In this document: one piece after another, positions 18,753 through 27,312 of the stretch
How positions within the stretch are numbered: position 1 is the first letter of the stretch
Layout: each line of letters begins with the position of its first letter
Virus record (IMG/VR): IMGVR_UViG_3300038379_000173
Coordinates: 128,001-167,041 of that record
DNA length: 39,041 nt
Origin: a virus
Lineage: Duplodnaviria; Heunggongvirae; Uroviricota; Caudoviricetes
Direction: 5' to 3' (one strand)
Made by a program: the position numbers and the translations under genes
The notes under the pieces: generated by a model
What the model was told of the DNA's origin: nothing
The model's input: the letters and a program-made list of their open reading frames with translations, nothing else
Database searches by the model: none

Positions 18753-19862
18753 TACTTTGTTTAACCGTTTTAGTTGTGATGGAACATTTCTTGTGTTTGT
18801 TTTTCATTGCTATTTTTTGCTGTGAGAATTGTGGTGAAACACTTTCTGCTTTTGTCTTTCATTGCTTATTAGGGACCCCCAGGGCACCCAAGCCCCCCAA
18901 GCGCTTACGTAACTCCAAAAACCCCACCCGGTTACGCTACGCTCCACCGGGCGTTTGCTACGCAAACATTGTGCCGGCACAGAAAATGCTTGTCGTTCCA
19001 GCGCCGCCATAACTCCTTTGTTAGACGGCCGCATTAGAGCCCCTTGGCGCCACGCTCGCCCCTTCCTTCGACCCTTCGACCCTACTTCCGCGCCATTGTA
19101 TAATGCCCCCTAATAGATATTAGGGCTCCCCGCCCCCTAGCGGCCCGTCCCCCCCGCGGCCCCTTCTCCCCATATCCTCTCCCCCGCGTGGTATGGTGGA
19201 GCCATAACTCCAACGTCTACCGTGAGGGGTTTGGGTCACTCTGATACAGTGTAAAGTAAGCCTACATTACATCTGCCAAGCCTTCCCTTGAAATATATAG
19301 AGATATGTTTTGGTCTCCCGCGTGCTATAGATACATCGTCCGCGCCGCGCAGCGCGGGCCGCGAGTCTCGCCTCTCTCCGCTCCTGCTGCGTGCGGTCGA
19401 GCGGGGAAAGCCTCGAGTCTCGCGCTTGCTACGCGCGCCACCCTGACGCACTGGCGCTTGATAGGTGCGTCCGCTCTTTTCCAATTCACGGTGGACCGAT
19501 ACAAGGGCTCCCCCTCTGAGTCAGATAATCCCTGACTCGGGCCGCGCGTCGCCGCGGCATATTCGCCGGTTACCCTGTCGCGCTTGCGCGAGGGAAGCGA
19601 AGAGAGGGCCCGTCCTGTATCGCTCCGAGTCGCACTGCAAGCTGCTTGTTCACCCCTGCGTCGGGGCGCGCAAACAGCCGAATGCGCGATACCAATTCGT
19701 CAAATTGAGTGTTCCAACACTACCGATATCCCTAGGGGAATGACGCTATCGGTGGTGCACAGGGACACTCTGTCTACTCTACCACTAGGTTTTCCTAACC
19801 GAATCACTGTCCTATATGGGACTGTGAGGGATAACTAGATGTGGTAGGATAGACAATAAAGT

Positions 19863-19927
19863 GTAGCCAAGGGTCGGCCGACCTAGCGCTTTTGCACTAG
19901 GGTCCCGTTCAAATCGGGAGGCTACCA
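19863..19927 (+). ncRNA. tRNA-like element A (non-canonical)
   Basis: GTAGCC/GGCTAC acceptor-like stem ending in CCA; T arm TCCCG-TTCAAAT-CGGGA; palindrome GGTCGGCCGACC in place of D arm; TAGCGC-TTTT-GCACTA in place of anticodon arm. Confidence 0.65.
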
Positions 19928-20058
19928 TTACGGAGGGTTTATCGTGAAGGCGCGAGCCGCGTTCCTCGCCAGGGCGGAAGGGGCGCAGAGCTAAAGGGGC
20001 GCGGAGCTAAATACTCCGCGTTCTTATTTTGCAAGTTTCGTGGCGCAAAGGGGTAACA

Positions 20059-20226
20059 ATGGAAACCACCATCCGTTGGTGGCCACTTCGCAATCGTTAC
20101 AGTTACGACCGCATCTATGACGCAAAGGTGCGCGTCCGCGCGCTGTGGCGCTATATCCGCGATACGGACCGCGTTGGGTTCGACACTGCGCGGCAGTTTG
20201 CCGTGTACGTGGCGCTCAAGGGGTAG
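20059..20226 (+). CDS. Hypothetical protein
   Basis: AAGGGG RBS, METTIRWWPLRNRY... Confidence 0.55.
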   Translation: METTIRWWPLRNRYSYDRIYDAKVRVRALWRYIRDTDRVGFDTARQFAVYVALKG

Positions 20227-20267
20227 GGAGGTTAATTGCCTCCCGCCTCTGTAAGGAGAGTGACGAA

Positions 20268-20585
20268 ATGGAAAAGGTTGAGTGGAAAAGGTTGAGGCCC
20301 TGGGAAGATGCCATCTTCTCGCGTGAGATGTGCGCGTGGTGGGACGCACAGGAGATGGCTACCCGTGTCGCCGGGAGCCAAATCCCGCCCTACATCATTC
20401 GCGCAATGGTGCGCCAGGGTGTCATTCGCTACATTCCCGCGCGCCGCTTCCAGGGTATCACCCGGACCGAGCGCGCTATCGGCAAGGTCCGCCGATTCTA
20501 CAAAATCGGATTCATGGCGGACCCGCAGATTATTCGCCTATTCAAGGTGAATCACGAGGTCTACCGCTACATGATGGCCATCTAG
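20268..20585 (+). CDS. Hypothetical protein
   Basis: AAGGAG RBS, MEKVEWKRLRPW... Confidence 0.65.
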   Translation: MEKVEWKRLRPWEDAIFSREMCAWWDAQEMATRVAGSQIPPYIIRAMVRQGVIRYIPARRFQGITRTERAIGKVRRFYKIGFMADPQIIRLFKVNHEVYRYMMAI

Positions 20586-20591
20586 GCTAAC

Positions 20592-20620
20592 ATGATTCCC
20601 TGAAAGGGAACGCGGTAGCG
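20592..20620 (+). repeat. Twin-hairpin element copy 1
   Basis: ATGA TTCCCT-GAA-AGGGAA CGC-GGTA-GCG, 6 nt after a stop codon. Confidence 0.9.
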
Positions 20621-20696
20621 TGCTAAGATACGTGACACCTTAGGTTAACCGCCTAGGTGTCGCATTACTCTCGTGGGGACGGGAGAGGAGTAAGGA

Positions 20697-20870
20697 ATGG
20701 AACCTAGGGGTTTGGACGATAAGGCAGACGAGACTATCCGCCGCGCTCACGCGGAGTCGGAGCGCTTGGGGGTCGAGTACGGCACGGGCTTGGCGCTTGT
20801 TCAGGCGCAGTACCCTGCGCCTTCGGGCGACACTGAGATTCTGCCGCTGGGCACCCTTTGGATTGAGTGA
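20697..20870 (+). CDS. Small hypothetical protein (57 aa)
   Basis: Hand translation MEPRGLDDKADETIRR...; GAGGAG RBS. Confidence 0.55.
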   Translation: MEPRGLDDKADETIRRAHAESERLGVEYGTGLALVQAQYPAPSGDTEILPLGTLWIE

Positions 20871-20914
20871 ATGAATCTTGTTGGTATTTGAACGTGTAAG
20901 TGTAACAAGTGATA

Positions 20915-20943
20915 ATGATTCCCGGAACGGGAACGCGGTAGCG
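20915..20943 (+). repeat. Twin-hairpin element copy 2
   Basis: ATGA TTCCCG-GAA-CGGGAA CGC-GGTA-GCG, then GGAGA and ATG 20955. Confidence 0.9.
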
Positions 20944-20954
20944 GGAGAACAAAC

Positions 20955-21422
20955 ATGGATGAGTATATGCGCAAGCTCCAACGTCTCGTCGCTCTTGGCG
21001 ACCTTGCCGCACGCCAAGCGCTCAAGGTTGCTGAGGAGCGGGCGTATGTTCCGTGCCAGGAATGCGGGGCATGCCCTACGTGTCTCGGCTGCGATTGCGG
21101 GGCCGAGCCATTCAATCGGTGGTGTCGGTGTCTGCGCCCACGCGCACCACTTACTGTCCGCCAACTTCGCGGACTGCCCTACGGGGTAATGATTTTCCAT
21201 GGGACCATGCGTCAAGGGTCCGCCGGCCGCGCATATCCCTTCAGGGTGCGCGTGACAGGGGTATGTAAGACGTGGAAGCGAGACCCGGAGCGTTGGCGCC
21301 TTCCTGTCAAACACGGACTAAGGGATAGCGCTTATCTCGGCTCGCCGGGCGAGCAAACGGCGGACGTTGAAAACGTTTGGTATTTGGCAGAACACGATGC
21401 CATGAAACATGGGAGTAGTTAG
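20955..21422 (+). CDS. Hypothetical protein with Cys cluster
   Basis: GGGAG RBS; CQECGACPTCLGCDC; C-terminal RVTGVCKTWKRDPERWRLPVKHGL. Confidence 0.7.
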   Translation: MDEYMRKLQRLVALGDLAARQALKVAEERAYVPCQECGACPTCLGCDCGAEPFNRWCRCLRPRAPLTVRQLRGLPYGVMIFHGTMRQGSAGRAYPFRVRVTGVCKTWKRDPERWRLPVKHGLRDSAYLGSPGEQTADVENVWYLAEHDAMKHGSS

Positions 21423-21504
21423 ATGACTCATTGCGGGCGTATCGCAAAGAACGTTAATGGTAAGCTTGTCTGCAAGGTTTGTGGGAAGGTTGTCAAGGGA
21501 TAAT

Positions 21505-21533
21505 ATGATTCACCGATAGGTGAACACGGAGTG
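21505..21533 (+). repeat. Twin-hairpin element copy 3
   Basis: ATGA TTCACC-GATA-GGTGAA CAC-GGA-GTG; directly after the TAA of a 26-aa ORF (21423-21503), ATG at 21543. Confidence 0.9.
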
Positions 21534-21609
21534 AGTGAAAAGATGTGGCATGCTGCGTTGGTCCAAGTCTACAGGCTCAAAGGCGGTAACGAAGAGGGCG
21601 GATGGTGGT

Positions 21610-21636
21610 ATGACTTCCCGTAGGGAACCCAGAGGG
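21610..21636 (+). repeat. Twin-hairpin element copy 4 (divergent)
   Basis: ATGAC TTCCC-GTA-GGGAA CCC-AGA-GGG, ATG at 21638. Confidence 0.7.
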
Positions 21637-21637
21637 C

Positions 21638-22141
21638 ATGGTGAAACAGTTCACTTTCAATCTGCGCAACAAATCCTCCCCCCAAGCTCACGAGCACATC
21701 ACCTTGCGCTTTCATAACGGAGCGGTAGAAGCCCTAAGTAGGGATGACATCAAGAGTGTCTGCCCTACTTGGGAACACGTTGGCGAGTACGTTGACGGCG
21801 CCGTGTTTTTCAGACCTTCTAAGGTCCCAGTGAAGCTGTTGGAAATTGCTGCCACTGGGCTCTTTATGCGCGGCTGGCGCGTCCGTGGCGCAATGTGTCG
21901 ACCCCCGGTGGAAGGTCGGGGTTACGATGTGGAGATTATCCCATCGGGCGCCATAACTAATCCCGATAGTCTCAAGGGTAATATCCGCCATCGCTCCGCT
22001 TCGCTTGGTAGCGTGGGAAAGGGTGAGCGCGGCGCCGCGACCTTCGGGGCGCGCTATAAGACGGACCCTCAGGCAATGCGAGATGCGATTCGCGAGCGTG
22101 AGCTTGCGCGTCTCCTAACCGATAAGTGGATGGAATCTTAA
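21638..22141 (+). CDS. Hypothetical protein
   Basis: 167 aa ORF bounded by element copies 4 and 5. Confidence 0.7.
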   Translation: MVKQFTFNLRNKSSPQAHEHITLRFHNGAVEALSRDDIKSVCPTWEHVGEYVDGAVFFRPSKVPVKLLEIAATGLFMRGWRVRGAMCRPPVEGRGYDVEIIPSGAITNPDSLKGNIRHRSASLGSVGKGERGAATFGARYKTDPQAMRDAIRERELARLLTDKWMES

Positions 22142-22147
22142 GCTACA

Positions 22148-22176
22148 ATGATTCCGCAAAGCGGAACGCGGTAGCG
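22148..22176 (+). repeat. Twin-hairpin element copy 5
   Basis: ATGA TTCCGC-AAA-GCGGAA CGC-GGTA-GCG, 6 nt after a stop codon, then GGAGA and ATG 22189. Confidence 0.9.
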
Positions 22177-22188
22177 GGAGAAAAGCAC

Positions 22189-22377
22189 ATGAAAACTATC
22201 CAGATGGTCGTTGCTATCACTCTCGAAATGGATGATGATGTTAACCCTGCATTCTGCGGGTTGGATTCTAAAACGTTCAGCTTGTATTCTAAGGATGGCG
22301 ATGGTATTTCGCCTCTTCTTTACAAATGGCAGGAATACGAAACTATTGATATTCTTGATTTGACTGACCCCAAATAA
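22189..22377 (+). CDS. Hypothetical protein
   Basis: GGGAG RBS, MKTIQMVVAITLEM... Confidence 0.65.
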   Translation: MKTIQMVVAITLEMDDDVNPAFCGLDSKTFSLYSKDGDGISPLLYKWQEYETIDILDLTDPK

Positions 22378-22391
22378 ACCGGAGGAACGCA

Positions 22392-22598
22392 ATGGAAAAT
22401 GTCATCCTAAGCTGCCGCGTCTGCGGACGACCGCCCCCGGTCGGATTCACCGTCACTTGTGGGGAGTCTTTCTGCCAGGAAGCGGACTACCTGCGGAGCC
22501 TAGAGCGGCGGTCGCGCCGCGGGTCCCGCGCCCGCGCTGAGGCATCCGCTCGTGCTGTCGCGGCCGAGGAATCAGCCCGAAAGAAGGCTGCACCATGA
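22392..22598 (+). CDS. Small Zn-finger-like protein
   Basis: GGAGG RBS; CRVC...C...C. Confidence 0.6.
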   Translation: MENVILSCRVCGRPPPVGFTVTCGESFCQEADYLRSLERRSRRGSRARAEASARAVAAEESARKKAAP

Positions 22599-23020
22599 AT
22601 ATTGGCGATTGGGTTGAATGGGTTCACAGATATGAAGGTGGGCACATCTATAAGGTAGGCAAGGTCATCGGTATGCATATCCTCGGGCCGCGCGATGATA
22701 TTGTTGTCATCGTAGCGGAGGATTGCCTTGTTGGTCGCGAATGGAAACTGAGGCAGGATGAGGATGACGTGAGGGTCATTCCGAATCCGTGCGCATATTG
22801 TGGGGGGCGCGTAATGAATTGGCGCGTCGAAAGACATTCCGGGCGCGGCTCAATGACACATGGATGGCGCGTCATATATGACGGTCCAGAGTTAAGCTCC
22901 GCCATTGATGTATATAACAAAACTCTCATTAGAATGCGCCAGGGTGGGGTTAGATTCATTGACCCCTCTGGAACCGTCAGACATGAAGCGGTAGCACCAC
23001 GTTGCCGTACGCGTTGGTGA
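22595..23020 (+). CDS. Hypothetical protein
   Basis: ATGA coupling to upstream gene. Confidence 0.6.
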   Translation: MNIGDWVEWVHRYEGGHIYKVGKVIGMHILGPRDDIVVIVAEDCLVGREWKLRQDEDDVRVIPNPCAYCGGRVMNWRVERHSGRGSMTHGWRVIYDGPELSSAIDVYNKTLIRMRQGGVRFIDPSGTVRHEAVAPRCRTRW

Positions 23021-23260
23021 TGTATTGACTCTAAGTGCAGCGGACCTCTAAAAATCCGCTGCATTATCTCCCCTAGAATATTCGGCCAGGTTCAATGGGT
23101 CGAAGGAACGACGAACGTTTTTTCTAGGGTTTCTAATAAAGCCGAGCCAAGTTGACGTTAACGGATAGGTAGACGGGGATTTGTAGTGTTCCGGCTTATC
23201 TAAACTGGCAAGTGCCAGGGGGTAATATGTCCATTTGATATCTTTTCACACTCATTTCGG

Positions 23261-24186
23261 TGGCGCGCAAATGACATTCGGATTTTCACGGTTACGTTTG
23301 TTTGTGCAACACTTGGGTAACAAAACGTCCTTTATGGGATTGTTTGCGTAACAACATGCTAAAGCTCGCCTTATACGTGCTCAGGCGGCCCGAGAGAAGA
23401 AAAGAGAATACGCGCGTTCGCATATGCGTAGGAAGAGAATAAAAGCACGCGAGGATAAAAAGAAAGCTGAGGCTAAGGCGCGCGCCGCTGAGTATAGGCG
23501 CCAACAAGAGATGTGGAGCGCCCCGCCTCCCGAGGATGAAGGTCCATCGACCCGACCTTGTAGGAAAGATGAGAGAGTTTGTTAGGCATTATGTTACGTA
23601 AACTTTTCGCAAACTTTTTAATGGCGCGCAAATGACACGTGTAACAACGCAGAAACGCAAATGCTCCTATTCTATTGCGTGCTACGGCACTTTTCACTCA
23701 TTTTCTTCTCTTTTCATCTCTCGTTCAGAAAACGAGGCGCAAATGGTCCGGATTTTTTGCGGTCCTTCGTGGGATTTTTCGTTTACTTTTCATGCGACGC
23801 AAATGGCCCTTATGAAGCGCAAAAGAACTTTTCAGGGATACGTTCCATATGAAATGAAACGGACCGGTATTGGGAGCGTATATGGCTAGCCATATAGAAC
23901 GCCTGGGGGCGCGCGTATAAGAAACAAGGTGGGCGAAATAACGCGGCGCGTGACGTTTGACGCGGAGCATTACGCTCTCGGAAGCTTTTCACGAGACGCA
24001 AAGGAGACTGAGTGAATTGTATCACTTTTGGGCCTTGAAAACAAAGGACTTAGGACGTGGAACAGGATTTAGTGGGCTATATTTCGCATTACGGGAAGGT
24101 AACACGGTAAAGCACTGTGGTATAAGCACTTAGATGTCCTTCCCTCCCAAGCACTTAGCTCAACCCGTTACCGCTAGGTAACTTAG
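23261..24186. repeat. Non-coding region with two families of short direct repeats (iteron-like)
   Basis: CGCAAATG at 23266, 23627, 23656, 23738, 23798; ACTTAG at 24048, 24128, 24153, 24181. Confidence 0.6.
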
Positions 24187-24319
24187 GCATCTTCGCCCGC
24201 GTGGTCTTACCCTTGCGATGTCTGTCATTGTTCACAGTGAGGTTGGTAAACGGGACAGTTCCAGCTACCCCTCGTATATGTCAAGCAATTACCATTTTCA
24301 ATGGATAAATTGCGTCATA

Positions 24320-24352
24320 ATAATTCGGCCCGTCAGGGTCGAACGCGGAGCG
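24320..24352 (+). repeat. Twin-hairpin element copy 6
   Basis: ATAA TTCGGCCC-GTCA-GGGTCGAA CGC-GGA-GCG, ATG at 24362. Confidence 0.85.
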
Positions 24353-24361
24353 AGTAAAAAG

Positions 24362-24679
24362 ATGCGGATTAAGATTGCCGACAAGCGCTTGCGTGCGCGT
24401 GCGGACGCGCCTCGCGAGCGCAGTATCGACGCGGACCTTTCCCCTGTGGCAAGGTTCGACACTCCGGCCGACATCCGCGCGATGAAGCTGCGGTCCTTCA
24501 GCCCGCACACCAAGAAGCCCCCGAAGCCCGCTAGGGAGCGCAAGCGTATCGTGATTCTCGCCCGTCCGACCCCGGTCCGCCGCCCCACCCTGGAGGAATT
24601 CGCATCCGCCCTCGCACTCCTCAATTCAAATGAAAACGCAGTGCGTGCGCATAACCTCAAGGTCGGTAAGGTCCGCTAG
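24362..24679 (+). CDS. Highly basic hypothetical protein
   Basis: R/K/P-rich 105 aa, MRIKIADKRLRARAD..., between element copies 6 and 7. Confidence 0.65.
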   Translation: MRIKIADKRLRARADAPRERSIDADLSPVARFDTPADIRAMKLRSFSPHTKKPPKPARERKRIVILARPTPVRRPTLEEFASALALLNSNENAVRAHNLKVGKVR

Positions 24680-24714
24680 TCAATTCATACCCGCCCCCAC
24701 ATTAAAATGTAAAA

Positions 24715-24741
24715 ATGATTCCCTCTGGGGAACGCGGAGCG
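24715..24741 (+). repeat. Twin-hairpin element copy 7
   Basis: ATGA TTCCC-TCTG-GGGAA CGC-GGA-GCG; precedes the ncRNA cluster rather than an ORF. Confidence 0.85.
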
Positions 24742-24759
24742 GGCTTCAAGTTTCAAATA

Positions 24760-24829
24760 AGTAATCCTATGGATAGGCGCCTGTAGCTAGCAATAGCTTG
24801 GGCTGGCGGGTTCAATTCCCGCATTACTG
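24760..24829 (+). ncRNA. tRNA-like element B (non-canonical)
   Basis: AGTAAT/ATTACT acceptor-like stem; T arm GCGGG-TTCAATT-CCCGC; CCTAT-GG-ATAGG D-like hairpin; AGCTA-GCAA-TAGCT capped arm. Confidence 0.65.
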
Positions 24830-24836
24830 TTAGTTA

Positions 24837-25645
24837 GACGCGCACGGAAATATAAGCGCCCAACGGCTCGCGCCGGAGGGATAGAGCTTGCTCGCAAGCT
24901 GCCGCTTATATTTTCCCAGGCGTCGAAGCGAGCGGGAATTCCCCTAAGGGGATGAAACGCGCCCGGCCTAACGGCTGGTATAAATGCTGGGCAGCGAAGG
25001 CCCAACGTAGCACGGGAAAAGATACCCGGCCGCTCTCTATCCATCCTGATTGAATCTGCAAGGCTAGCGACACTAAGCCTTTATGGCTTGTGAGCGCGAG
25101 GCAATACCGCCTTGCAATGTAGGTCAGGACGAATATCAGAGCCCACGGTATCCAACCCGGACGGGTTAAGTGTTCATGCCAAAACACTCATCCGCGACAA
25201 TCCTATTGATGTTTGTTGGATTGGTAAGGTCTACCTCCCAATTCAATAAATTGACATTGGATAGGTCACGGTTCCGAAAGGTCCACTCGCTAACGCGGGG
25301 CCCCGAGCAAGGGTAAGCGATAATGCTTACATTCTGCCGCGACAGGGTGCCAGGGCCGCTCCGATAGGCTAATGGGCTTGCTATGCAAGATTAAACCCGC
25401 GAAATGCCAAAAGGTGCGGTAGGGCTTAACTATCATTGAGAGATAGCGGACCACAGTAGGAATCGAAGATGCGGCAGCGACAATAAGTCCTGCATCTTGG
25501 ATGTAAAATAACTCATAGGGAAGCATTATCCAAATGCTGACCCGAAGGGGTGGGGGTTAACAATAAGCTCTCGCAGGAGTAGGGAGCGTCATGACACGCC
25601 GTGTCATGGCCACGCTCTTTTGTTAACTCCGAGACTCCACCTGTC
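24837..25645 (+). ncRNA. Candidate large (about 800 nt) highly structured ncRNA
   Basis: No credible ORF; continuous nested helices with G-T pairs on the plus strand (see findings); flanked by tRNA-like elements. Confidence 0.7.
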
Positions 25646-25699
25646 GCATAACAAACCTAAACGTGATATATAACGCAAGGTAATTATGCGCCAGAAAGT

Positions 25700-25760
25700 A
25701 GAATGTCCGGGCCGGCCGGCTTGCGTTCGCGCATGATAGGTTCAATTCCTATACATTCTA
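25700..25760 (+). ncRNA. tRNA-like element C (61-nt mini-tRNA)
   Basis: 7-bp AGAATGT/ACATTCT acceptor plus A; T arm ATAGG-TTCAATT-CCTAT; palindrome GCCGGCCGGC; TGCG-TTCG-CGCA arm. Confidence 0.7.
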
Positions 25761-25849
25761 TCGCTCCAACGCTCAGTGTCTACGCATACGTTGCAGCGAG
25801 CCGTGCCATGAGTTTGTAGTATAGGATTGGTGCGAAGAAATATATTAAA

Positions 25850-26102
25850 TGTTACTAGGGATTGGGATAGTGGTCGCCCCAATGCCGAATTAGACCAAAG
25901 GCGCCAAACCTTTCTTTGGTGTAGGGGTTGTGAGCTAATAACTCATAATCCTTATTCGGATTGCTACGCGTACGGGAAACGTCTCAGAAACTCTAGTGTT
26001 GTGCTAAGTATCACAGAATAGATAATCAGTCAACAATCCTTTATCAAATGCATGTGATAAATGGGTTGGTAGAGTCTGAGGGGCTCGGCATATACTACTA
26101 CC
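25850..26102 (+). ncRNA. Second structured non-coding block
   Basis: ATTGGG/CCCAAT, CCGAAT/ATTCGG, GCGCCAAA/TTTGGTGT, AGGGGTTGTGAG/CTCATAATCCTT, TTTATCA/TGATAAA. Confidence 0.5.
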
Positions 26103-26105
26103 AAA

Positions 26106-26134
26106 ATAATTCATCGAAGATGAACGCGGTAGCG
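26106..26134 (+). repeat. Twin-hairpin element copy 8
   Basis: ATAA TTCATC-GAA-GATGAA CGC-GGTA-GCG, ATG at 26146. Confidence 0.9.
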
Positions 26135-26145
26135 AGTGTAAAAAA

Positions 26146-26328
26146 ATGATTTGGTGTATTAAATCCTCCTGGTCCTCCGGTCCAATCTCCAGGGACAACC
26201 CCGACCTTTATCTATCCGCCGATAGTAAGGATGAAGCCGAGCGGATTGCTCGGGACATTTTGAGGTTGTCAGAGTGGGGTCAGTGGACATTGGAGGTTTC
26301 TGCGGTTCTCACTGAGGAGAAATATTAA
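26146..26328 (+). CDS. Hypothetical protein
   Basis: ORF track; follows element copy 8. Confidence 0.6.
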   Translation: MIWCIKSSWSSGPISRDNPDLYLSADSKDEAERIARDILRLSEWGQWTLEVSAVLTEEKY

Positions 26329-26329
26329 A

Positions 26330-26947
26330 GTGGACCAAATCTATAATCATCCTCTGCCGCGCCGTTGTATTCGGTGTAAGACTCCGACGGGCGCGCGGTA
26401 CATTTGCGCCAAATGCAATAGGCAGGCATACGCGCCGCTTAAGAAGCCCAAGTATTGCCACCGACCCGCTGCCGAAACTGGCAAGCGTCTGACGGCTGAG
26501 CGCATGCGTGACCCCTCTGGGGTTGCCAATGTTGCCGCCATTGATACCCTCCCCGTCCTGCATAAACTCCAGGCAGCGGCCATTCTTAGTAAGTTTGGCG
26601 AGAATACTGCATTGAGCAGTTACCTTATCACGCACTATGTTGCGAAGGGTCGGGCTAATGACATTGTCACTATGACCAGCGACGGCGCGCGCTTTTTCGA
26701 ATCTGAGATTGCGCGCATTGTCGATAGCGGAGTGGTAGGTAAGTGGAATGATGATATGCGCGCGACTAAGCCCCGCGCGCAGTCTTTCACTACCAAGGAC
26801 CGCAAGGTTATCCCGCCCGAATGGACCGCAAAGCGCTCCGAATTTCAGCAGAGGTATAACGCGGCCCGCGCCGCTGCCGTTGAAGGTGGGGCCAAGGAAA
26901 TGGCCCTGAGGGCTAAGGTTTTGGAAGCTGGGGGTAGGTTTATCTAG
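26330..26947 (+). CDS. Hypothetical protein with N-terminal CxxC-CxxC
   Basis: GAGGAG RBS, GTG start, CIRC...CAKC. Confidence 0.7.
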   Translation: MDQIYNHPLPRRCIRCKTPTGARYICAKCNRQAYAPLKKPKYCHRPAAETGKRLTAERMRDPSGVANVAAIDTLPVLHKLQAAAILSKFGENTALSSYLITHYVAKGRANDIVTMTSDGARFFESEIARIVDSGVVGKWNDDMRATKPRAQSFTTKDRKVIPPEWTAKRSEFQQRYNAARAAAVEGGAKEMALRAKVLEAGGRFI

Positions 26948-27312
26948 TGGGTAAGATTGGCAAGGTCGCCAGCGGGGATGTTATTTTCCCCGACCCCATT
27001 AATATGGGATGGCCAGCCCGCGACCATTGGCCGCGCTTGCTTTGGGCAGTTCATTTCTGGTTGGATAAAGCTGCCCACAATACCTATGGCGACAAAGATA
27101 TCATGGTGCCCAGTAACTTTACATTTGAAGCGAGGCGTGATAGTAGATATCAACGCTTAGAAAGCTTTGATGTTAAGCTCGTAAGGCTTAATGAGCGGTA
27201 CGCTTCGCATGAATCTTTCGATTTGCGCGAGGTTGATTATCGTATTACCCTCCTATGGGGCTATGGGGAGAACGTAGATGGGTTCGAGTGGTGCAGAATC
27301 AAAGCGGATTGA
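26947..27312 (+). CDS. Hypothetical protein
   Basis: TAGTG coupling to upstream gene. Confidence 0.6.
   Translation: MGKIGKVASGDVIFPDPINMGWPARDHWPRLLWAVHFWLDKAAHNTYGDKDIMVPSNFTFEARRDSRYQRLESFDVKLVRLNERYASHESFDLREVDYRITLLWGYGENVDGFEWCRIKAD

Noticed and set aside
18776-19838. ORFs in the GC-rich interval, and likewise those in 23292-24025 and 24787-25526
   Set aside because: No RBS, low-complexity R/P/A/S translations, mutually overlapping on both strands; better explained as non-coding
19951-20030. Further degenerate minus-strand copies of the element (GGAACGCGGCTCGCG, AGAACGCGGAGT)
   Set aside because: Stems are broken or the ATRA-TTC start is missing; not distinguishable from chance in GC-rich DNA
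20888-20916. Sigma-70 promoter as the general explanation of the twin-hairpin element (TTGAAC-N17-GATAAT at copy 2)
   Set aside because: A matching -35 box was not found at the other copies I checked (3, 5, 7)
24837-25645. Group I or II intron, RNase P RNA or tmRNA
   Set aside because: No interrupted host gene, and I could not find group II domain V, group I P7, RNase P P4 consensus or a tag reading frame by eye; a covariance search is still needed
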